Below, one piece after another: positions 54,980 to 64,000 of a stretch of DNA of 64,000 bases. The translations under genes and the position numbers were made by a program. The DNA lies in contig CM039005.1 of the NCBI GenBank assembly GCA_017499595.2, forward strand, positions 2,170,001 to 2,234,000, written 5' to 3'. Source of the stretch: Psilocybe cubensis (taxonomy: Eukaryota). Under the pieces are notes generated by a model that worked only from the letters and a program-made list of their open reading frames with translations, did not search any database and was not told the DNA's origin. Every line of letters starts with the position of its first letter. The stretch's first letter is position 1.

Positions 54980-55498
54980 CGCAGGGTGACTTTGGTTGCA
55001 CTAGTAGGTGGTGTATGGGAGGATACGAATCGAAGAATGGAGGCACGGAGACACGCTTTCAGTAGTTCCGTATTGGTAGGCGCACTAGGTATCACAATCG
55101 AGCTTGCTTCGAACCAGATAAACCGTTAGTAGATCAATCACCAGAGAACGGGCGCTTCTGCAAAGTAAATATCCCAGACTCACCTGGAAGTAGGTACAAT
55201 GTCACCTTTGGGAACAACAACCAAAGGTCGCCTTGGAGTTGCCTCGTGCCTGCCATCCTGTTGACATGTGGCATCTGAGTGGGCTGGACGGACCGGAGTT
55301 AGGGGTTACCAGTTAATGTTAAAACGATAGGGGTAATCTCTCAGGAGTCTATTTGCAAGCCGCAGTCAAGTGTGCGGACCCTTCGTGTTGCTCACGAGTG
55401 ACCACAATATCTTATGTCTCACAATTACTTGTATCGCTGAATATAAGTGCGTACTACATGTATTATAAAAGTAATGCTTCCTATCCAACATCTTATGT

Positions 55499-57262
55499 TT
55501 AATTAATCGAACTCCACTCCGATACCCTGCTAACGGAGGGGCAGCCAACGCTTGGCTTTGATGAGAACTTGGTCTCGACAAAGACCTTTTCGACACCGGA
55601 CTGTCGAGTGTCAAACGCACTGTAAAGCTTAGACATGTCTTCAAGAGGTACTCTGTGTGTAATAACACTTGGAGAAACAATGTTAGATCGTCGCAAATTA
55701 AGCCCCATACAATGGAATTGATGCATACAACGTGGGGTCAAATTCTCCGGTCATGATGTAATCGTGCAAAATCTCTTTCCAGTACAAGTGAACGGGCGCT
55801 TGACCATTCCCAATCAAACTATTCCCGGATGATAAGCAAACACTTTCCGGATCAGATCTCTTGACATACCGAACGCCCTTTTCCATCAATGCACCGATAT
55901 TGACGCCGTTGGCAAAACCAGCGTATGCTGCAATGATGCCGCATCTTCCCAACTTTCTGACCGAGACAATCATCTCGTTAATGGTCTCGGGAGAATCTGT
56001 CTCTAGCATCATCAACTTCTGAACTTTGTGCATCATGGTCTTCGGTTCGTGGAAGGTTCCTGTACTGGGCTTTAGTGATGAGAATTACGAAAGCGTCTGG
56101 GAAACTTGCCACAGTCAAGTGCAACATCGAGACCCCGGGGAACAAGCTCATAAATGCGTTTCGGAATGTCAGAGAATTTGCTAAAGTCAATAACCTCAAT
56201 CCCGAGTTTTTCCTTTGCAAATGCGAGGCGCTCCGGTACTTTATCAATTCCGATGACGCGACTGGCTCCTTTGAGTTGTGCCCATTTTGCAGCATACATG
56301 CCAATGGGGCCCAAACCCTACAAGGTATTCCAATAGGTTGTATTCATGAAGCTGGAGAAAATTCACGCACCCAAATTCCAACTACGTCCCCGTCATGAAC
56401 GCCAGTATCTACCACAGCATGATAACTTGTCGGAAGAATGTCTGACAGGAACAAGGCTTTCTCATCGGGGACGTTGTCGGGTATCGGCAAGAGATTCACT
56501 TCTCCAAGAGGGACGCGCACAAACTCTGCTTGCCCTCCCGGGAATCCTCCGGTGAAGTGTGAGTAACCAAAAAAGCCGGCGTCGCGCTGACCGTACATGT
56601 AGTTTTGTAGACTTGGAAAGGAATGAATGAGCGCATGAGAATCACCGATAGCCAAAAGGACATACGACGAATTGTTTGTTCTGTCGCAAAACGATGACAG
56701 TCTCTTTTTGCAATATTCGCATTTGCCACAAGCGATTTGGAACGATGCAACCACTCGCTGTCCGGGACGGAGATGGGTCACATTGGGGCCTACTTTATCG
56801 ACAATTCCCATGAACTTTGGGAGAGTAGCATTAGAACTGCATGGCTTGAAAAGAGCTGAGCGAACCTCATGGCCGAGAATGTCTCCTTTCTGCATCGTCA
56901 TGATTTCCCCATGATATCTAATCCGAAGGACATCAGGGTACGTATAAACCAGCAAATGACAAGCCTACAAATGAAGGTCTGATCCGCAAATAGTCGTTCC
57001 CGTCACCTTCACGATGACGTCGTCCGGTTCCGTGATGGCTGGGATAGGGGCATCAACCATCCGCACATCCTTGTTACCAAACCATGCCAATGCTCGCATT
57101 GTTGAACCATCTTCAGCATGCTTGTATTCCGGATGAACAGTCGTATCGAGAGGGCCGAGGTACTAAAAGTGGAATGCCACCAGTGAGCTCGACTAGTACT
57201 GCCGTCTATGAAAAATATTCTAGATTTCTTACGTTTTGCGCGGTGTTGGCTGCAGCTTGCAT
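55499..57262 (-). CDS. Zn-dependent medium-chain alcohol dehydrogenase (formaldehyde dehydrogenase-like), multi-exon
   Basis: ICGSDLH, GHE, CGKCEYC...C, GGQAEFVRVP, LSDILPTSYH, GLGPIG. Confidence 0.93.
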
Positions 57263-57894
57263 AATTGAAAAATTTGTTCGTATGAGGTTCTTGTTATCGT
57301 TTAGGTGATGTTTTGGAGATGTTTTGCTGTCTTTTATTCGCTGTCTGAGTCTTTGACCAAATGGGTGACCTTTCCAGTGACATCATAAGGGAGTCAGCTT
57401 GGGTAGGCTGCATTTTCTAAACTGATTTAGAAGGTAGTGGAGCGGAACCACAAACACACTTTGGGTAGTATTAGTGTCGAGTCTTGTTGTTGGGCGGTAG
57501 AGAGTAGGTGAGTGGAGCATGAACTGCAAATATTCAAATAAATTCTGTATCCATGCCTTATTAGATTAGATTTGACTTCGCTTGCACATCCAATGCAAAA
57601 CTAATAGCTTTTTTTTCTGGTATTCTAACATGATGGTTCCTTGTAATGTCACAAGGCATTTCGATGTATCATGGAATGAATGCCAACAAACCTGTGATAT
57701 GATGAGTGCTTTCTTTGTTCATGAGAAAGACGACAGAAATATCGATGCTGGCCAAACTGTCACTGAAAGACAAGTCTATGGATTCTCATATGTTACGCCG
57801 TTTGGTAGTGCTATCTAAAAACATACGAGATAAATAGCATGCCAGCGTGTTAGCGACACAGACGAATTTCTTACCCCCCAGATTCATAACTCTA

Positions 57895-59745
57895 ATGTCT
57901 GAATCCAGTCGGAAAATTCGTATAGCCGTGGTGTGAGTTCCTTTACCAAGCCACCAGTATACGATACCTCGCTGACAATACATGATAGAGGGGGTGGAAT
58001 TGGAGGGATGGCTATAGGCGTTGCTATGAGCAACTTGAAGTTGGACAATGTTTTCCAAGTCGACATATACGAGTCAACTGCAAAGCTGACACAAGTCGGC
58101 GCAGGAATAACAATATGGCCCAGGGGTTGGGAAATACTGAAGAACATGGGATTGGAAGCTTCCCTTGTAGAACGGCTCTCCCCTGATCAGGAAGTTCCAA
58201 CAGGAGTACCCAGTGAGTACTGTAACCTTGTTATTTGGAGGCTTCGGAGAGCCGTTTCTTTATTACTATTTTTGTTTGATGCACAGAAATAGGTTTTGTG
58301 TACCGTAAGAGTGATCAAAAGGTGGGCGTTCCAATTACTACAATTCTGGTACCAGGTGCGCTTTATTATTGGTATCAAAACGAGCAAGGTTCTTACGGAA
58401 ATTATGTTTAGGCGGCTCTATTTCGTACCACCGGGCAGACCTCCAAGATATTCTCTTGAAGCACATTTCTCCCCTGATTCAATTCCATCTTTCTCACAGA
58501 CTCAAAAGATATCAAAGAAATGACAAAGGAATCATCGAACTCGAATTCACAAATGGAGAAAAAGCTGTATGTGATTTGCTCATAGGCGCCGATGGAATCA
58601 ACTCGGCTGTGCGACGAACATTTATTTCGGAAGGAAAGGATTGGTCTGAAGATGAAAAGACTAGGAACGCGAGACCTGTATTCAGTGGGACTTACGTTTA
58701 TCGCAACCTAATCGACAGCGACCTCATTCGGCGAGACAATCCCAACCATCAGGCTCTGAAGCTACCTGTTGTGGTACGTATCTCAAATTCACCCAGATTT
58801 CTCGGGTCAAAGACGGCGAATTACTGATTATCGTGCTTTGTATACTTCAACAGTACTGCGGCAAAAACAAGGTACGCCTACATCATTCGCCCACGTCAAT
58901 GGGGGATTGAACGACACGGCTTTTAGCACATCGTGGCCTACCCTGTTTCGCAAGGGAGACTCATCAATTCTGTTCTTTTCGTGAGCGACATAAGCAAACA
59001 GGGTACTTACTTGGATGGACCTGCTGTAGTAGAAAATACGCAGGATGACTTTGTTTCACCATTTGTGGGATGGGAGGAGGATGCCCAGATTTTGGTTAAT
59101 GTACGCTGTTCTTGTTTGATTTGTTTCACAAGTTTCATGCTTTTGTAATTGTTTTAGCGAACATCCAAGCCGTCTAAATGGGCCATACAAACATCGAAGC
59201 CGTTGGATGCCTTTGCATCTGGGGGCGTTTTTCTTATAGGCGATGCTGTCAGTTTATTGCTTCAGGCATATTCGCATGAGCAATCATTAATTGGTGTCAT
59301 AGGCTCATGCAATGCCTCCTCACCTGGGTAACGGTGCAGGCCAGGCCATTGAGGTGAGTGTTGAGCTGTCGTATATTTTGTAGTTATTGGAATTGTAACG
59401 AATCTTTTTCAGGATGCCTATTTTCTGGCAATGATGCTGGCCAAGGAGTTGACTTCCAAAGAAAAAATCAGTATCGAAAAGATAACCAGAGTCTATAACG
59501 CGGTTAGACGGCCCTTCGGAAACTTCGTTGTTGAGGCTACTATACGTCAAGGTCTACGATACGAGTTCAATGCTCCCGGATACGAGGATATTCGAGATGG
59601 TGAAACTGTTTCTGAAGAGAGGTTGGAAGCCCTTGGGAAAATAATTGCAAAAGGTTACGACTGGACATGGCAATCGATGAAAAACGACCTTGAGAGGGCT
59701 CTGTCGATGATGAAGAACGACTCCCTCGAGAGGGCTATGATGTAG
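57895..59745 (+). CDS. FAD-dependent monooxygenase (salicylate hydroxylase-like), multi-exon
   Basis: IAVV/GGGIGG, VGAGI, HRADL, DLLIGADGINSAVR, LIGDAAHAMPPHLGNGAGQAIEDA. Confidence 0.93.
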
Positions 59746-59850
59746 TTTCAGTTACGAAATTGATAAGATAAGAAATAAATTAAAGGTACCGGTTTGAGAT
59801 CAGGCACATGTCGGCCTTCCCGGCCCAATCTCGTAATTGACATTACTTCA

Positions 59851-60521
59851 GGATAGAATATGTTTGATGTCAAACATCGACAATCAAACAGATATTATGT
59901 AGGATATAGATGTTTGATGTCACGCAGATATTGTGTTTGACAACAAACAGGCTTCAAACATAAATTGTGTTTGAACTCTGTGTGACATCAAACACCAAAT
60001 ACGTTTGAGCACTGTTTGTTAAAAAATATTAGCCTGACATAATTCCTGTTTGAATAGCTGTATGATAAGGTTCTGTAAGAGATCAACCATATAATCTGTA
60101 TCTTAAATATATTTTATGTAAGGATTTAAACAGAATATTTGCCCGAAATCAAACAATTATTAATATCAAACATACATTTTTTCTCGCATCTGATTGGTTC
60201 ATAAATATCTGTTTGGCAATCTGTCGGATTTTGGACAAATATTCTGTTTGAATGCTTACATAAAATATGTTTGATATTCATGTTAGTTAAGATATGGTTG
60301 ATCTCTTACAGAACCTTATAACAGGAATTATGTCAGGCTAATATTTTTTAACAAACAGTGCTCAAACGTATTTGGTGTTTGATGTCACACAGAGTTCAAA
60401 CACAATTTATGTTTGAAGCCTGTTTGTTGTCAAACACAATATCTGCGTGACATCAAACATCTATATCCTACATAATATATATCTGTTTGATTGTCGATGT
60501 TTGACATCAAACATGTATCCC
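59851..60521. mobile_element. Non-autonomous foldback/MITE-like element (near-perfect ~670-bp palindrome)
   Basis: The arm from 59860 (ATGTTTGATGTCAAACATCGACAATC...) is the reverse complement of the arm ending at 60514 over ~290 bp. AT-rich, no ORF, many TCAAACA/TGTTTGA sub-repeats. Confidence 0.85.
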
Positions 60522-60656
60522 TCAGTGTTCTACACCTGTGAGACTGATGGATGGGTATGTAGTTGGAATGCCATGGCGGTGTGAAGGTTCCAGTTGCCTG
60601 CTTCTTTTCTTTTCCTTTGCACACTTTTTTCCTCTGTAAATCTTCAGTCACCTACG

Positions 60657-62908
60657 ATGACTGACTATATTCACTCAGCGATTGGTGTCCTTCAACAATG
60701 GCTCGAGCACACTCAACTCACGGTGACAAATGTAGGACTCGCTTTACTAGCTCTTTTCGTGACTTCTCGTGTCGTCAAGTATCGCAAAGGCCTTCGGGTA
60801 TGTAAATTACGAGATTGTGGAATGGCCAGGCGAAGTCTGACAAGATTGGCACCAGGCTGTGAGCTACATGCCAGGGTTTCGCATACCCTTTCATCCACTT
60901 TCGTTACCAGCGATCCTGCTGCCAAAGGCGTCGTGGAACCCCAATTACTACTCTCCGTGGACATGGCGATACTCATGTAAGATTTCAGTCTCTGATTCTT
61001 TGATAGCTTGTAATGATTTGTTCAAGTCTATAAGCCGTTCCCGAACGACACCATATCCGTTGTACCTTATTTGGTCGGATCGCCTACTTTCTATACTACC
61101 AATGTCGACGTCGCACGTCAGGTCAGTGGCGGAGGTCACAAGTGTAGCTTCTATAAGACGCCCGAGTCAAGCGCAGCATTCTTGTGAGTTTTGTGGGGTC
61201 ATTTTGTGTATTACATCTCATATCTCCTTTAGACTTTGGGGAATGAATATCGTCGCGGCAGATAAAGAAACTTGGAGGAAGCACAGACGAATTGTGGGAC
61301 CTGCATTCAATAACAGCTTGTAAGATGCAATACAAGCTATGAAGTTTATCTCCCCAACGTCTTTTTAGGTACCAGATGGTGTGGACCGAAACTTTGAATA
61401 CCTATAATGACATGGTCGAAGCGGAAGGCTGGAAAGGGAAGAAAGAAATAGATGTTCCCGTCATTCAGACTTTGACATTCAAAGTGGGTTCCATTAAACA
61501 CGTTATATTAATTAAGTGCTCATTAATGTTTAGCTTGCTTTGTTGATCATTGGGAAATGCGGATTTGGATTCTCTTTTGATTGGTCTTCTCCGCCTCGGT
61601 CAGAAGATGGATCGTTGTCAATCCAGGAAGCCTTGCGAATTGTGGCCGATTCACACATGATTGCGACCTTCTTACCAAAATGGATTCAGAATCTACCCAC
61701 AAAGAAGTACGTGCATATGAGTCGTATCACACTTTGAGACTTATTTGACAATTTGTAGATTCAAGGAAGTACGAGAGGCGCACGGGAAGTTATTAGGATT
61801 CATGAAGCAACAGGTTGCAGAAAGACGAGCGGAGGTCCGCTCTAATAGTTCTGAGGGTAGACATGATGCCTTCACCATGTTGGTTAAAGCAAACGAGGAC
61901 GAAGGAAAGCTTAAATTAAGCGACGATGAGCTTGTACGTTTTCTCTAGTGTCATCTTTCATTTACTGAACATCCAGGCATCAGATTGGAAACGTCTTTGT
62001 CATGCTTTTTGCTGGCCACGGTAAGTCGGAATAAAACTTAGACCCAATTGTTACTAATGTAGCGAGCGAAGAAACGACGGCACACACGCTGGCTGCAACC
62101 TTGGGGTACTTGGCGTATCATCAAAATCTTCAGGATGAGGTGTACGATCAGATCGCCTCCGTTCTTGGACGGGACCGTGAGCCGGTATGTAAACGTCAAA
62201 GGTTAGAGTGGCCGGTATCAGCAAACTGAATCTGAAGTCAGACAATCGATGACTATCCTTCTTTGAATAAAGTCCTGGCGGCGTTCTATGAGGGTGTCAG
62301 ACTTTTCCGTCAGTTTAGCTACTCCATTAAACGACGATATGCTGACGGACGTATGCAGCTGCTGGCCATATCATGATTCGCCAGGCGTATGAGGACACTG
62401 TCTTGAATATTCCCAATCCCGTTGGAGAAGAGGGCGTCACAACATTCCCTGTACCCAAGGGCACAAATGTAATTATATACGTTTATTTCGTTTTAGCTTC
62501 TCTTGCTGACGCCAGAAACTTCAAGGTGATTGTTGACATGATCGGAGTCCGTGAGTTACTTCCATTCTCATGCATGCATTGCATTTGATTAAGTATTACT
62601 AAACAGAGTACAACCCACGATATTTCGATAACCCTGGGGAATACCGCCCGTCCAGGTGGTATGGAATCAGCAACGAGTCGGAAAGTTTCTCTGCTTTTAG
62701 CATTGGAACTCGCGCGTGTCTGGGGAGGAAATTCGCGACTCTGGAGTCTGTTTGCTTCCTTGCTCTTCTACTTCGAGACTACAGGGTCGAACCTGCCTTG
62801 AGCAACGGGGAAACAAAGGATGAATGGAGGGATAGGGTTTTGGATGGGAAGATTATCTTGACTTTGGGTGTCAACAATGTTCCAGTTAAACTTATCCGCA
62901 GAGTATAA
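60657..62908 (+). CDS. Cytochrome P450, multi-exon
   Basis: N-terminal membrane anchor, WRKHRR, FAGH/ETT (I helix), EGVR (ExxR), YRPSRW (PERF-like), heme motif FSIGTRACLG. Confidence 0.95.
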
Positions 62909-63927
62909 GTTTACGGCTCCATATTACACTTACTAATTCAGATCTATGTGTATGACGAGGTTTATTTGAGCTCACCCCAATTTATTTTTACAGTCGACGA
63001 GGTCGCGTTGGCAGGGTATGACGTCATCGTTCTTCCAGTCATGGCCTGAGATTTAGCGCCCGGACACTGACAATAAGTCATAGTCATGTGTGCGTTAAGT
63101 TGCAATTCGAAATGCATTGATACCGGCTAGACTTTGGTGGTTCTCACTTGTATACGGCTTTTTAACTACCTTGTACCAACTAGCAGCATTGATTTCGACA
63201 CGACACGAAACTCCGGGATATTGGGTGAAATTTGAAGCACGAAGCCTGAGGGTTAACACTAGCGACTTCGTTTACATGATCAAAATTATAGAGTGCATTT
63301 TAATATAGTGGAGAGCGGGAAGGTTAGGGGTTGGTTTAAATTTGGCCACTAAGGTTGACAAGTAACAAGACTTAATGTTGATTTGAAGGTAATTCACCCA
63401 GCGCAAAGCTTGTACAAATGGTAGCGCAAACGGTTTGAGGCGGTCAAGATGGCAAGAACACATTCAGTTAGAGCGTCCTTCAGCGGCAACGTTTTGCAGT
63501 GGCTGCTGTGGAGAACATGCTACCATCGTTTCTCTGACTGTATCTTAGGCTGGCAAGGCGCTGCTATCACTGGGTAGACAAATTAAGTACGTACATAATC
63601 ATTGACGGTACAGATACTTGAGACATCGAAGTCGTCAGGTATATCTTCTGACTTATGGAACTATGAAGAGGGTGGTTTGGACGAATGGAATCCTGCCTTG
63701 TCATTGTTAGGCGATTCTTGTGGCTGAATTTAAGAGCATTTCGCGCGGTGGTGGCGCATGGCAGATAGAACACCAACCTCATTCGAAGCAAGGCAAAATT
63801 GTATAAATACCTTGCTCGAAATCGATAAATCCCCAGTCAGGTCAACGTCTAGCAATGTAAGCAGTTCCTCCAGCTTCAATTCAACCCTACAAAATACTGA
63901 TTTCCGTCTGGTAGAACATCAGAAACA

Positions 63928-64000
63928 ATGAAATTCTTCATCTTCGCTATCGCAATCGCTGCATCCGTCCTTGCCGTTCCCTCTAAGGACGTCAATGCAG
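63928..64000 (+). CDS. 5' end of a secreted protein (runs off the window)
   Basis: MKFFIFAIAIAASVLAVPSKDVNA is a classic signal peptide; TATAAATA at ~63802. Confidence 0.6.
   Translation, partial: MKFFIFAIAIAASVLAVPSKDVNA

Noticed and set aside
59851-60521. CRISPR-like appearance of recurring TCAAACA words
   Set aside because: Repeats are 7-mers in both orientations inside a palindrome, with no regular repeat-spacer period; eukaryotic context.

Overview
Intron-rich fungal genomic DNA, most likely an agaric basidiomycete (inferred from short GT-AG introns, FunK1 kinases, a DUF6533-like protein and an F-box protein). About 20 protein-coding genes are readable. Core and metabolic genes: GFA1, a PITH-domain protein, MFS and NCS1 transporters, a Yra1/ALY-like RRM protein, a PFK-2/FBPase-2-like protein, a Ran1/Pat1-like kinase, an SGNH esterase, an old yellow enzyme, mitochondrial uS5m, a Zn-dependent dehydrogenase, an FAD monooxygenase and a P450. 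Accessory genes: a TPR-like protein, an F-box protein and a small secreted Cys-rich protein. Four things stand out. (1) A ~480-nt non-coding segment upstream of GFA1 folds by eye into a nested multi-domain RNA structure and contains a CTAACCCTA telomere-template-like motif. (2) Six FunK1 kinase copies (one intact, one frameshifted, two truncated, two relics) are mosaics of each other and form two inverted clusters around a ~26 kb block. (3) A ~670-bp foldback element lies directly upstream of the P450. (4) A disordered protein carries ABBA, D-box and KEN motifs. All calls come from reading the sequence; no database searches or folding programs were run.
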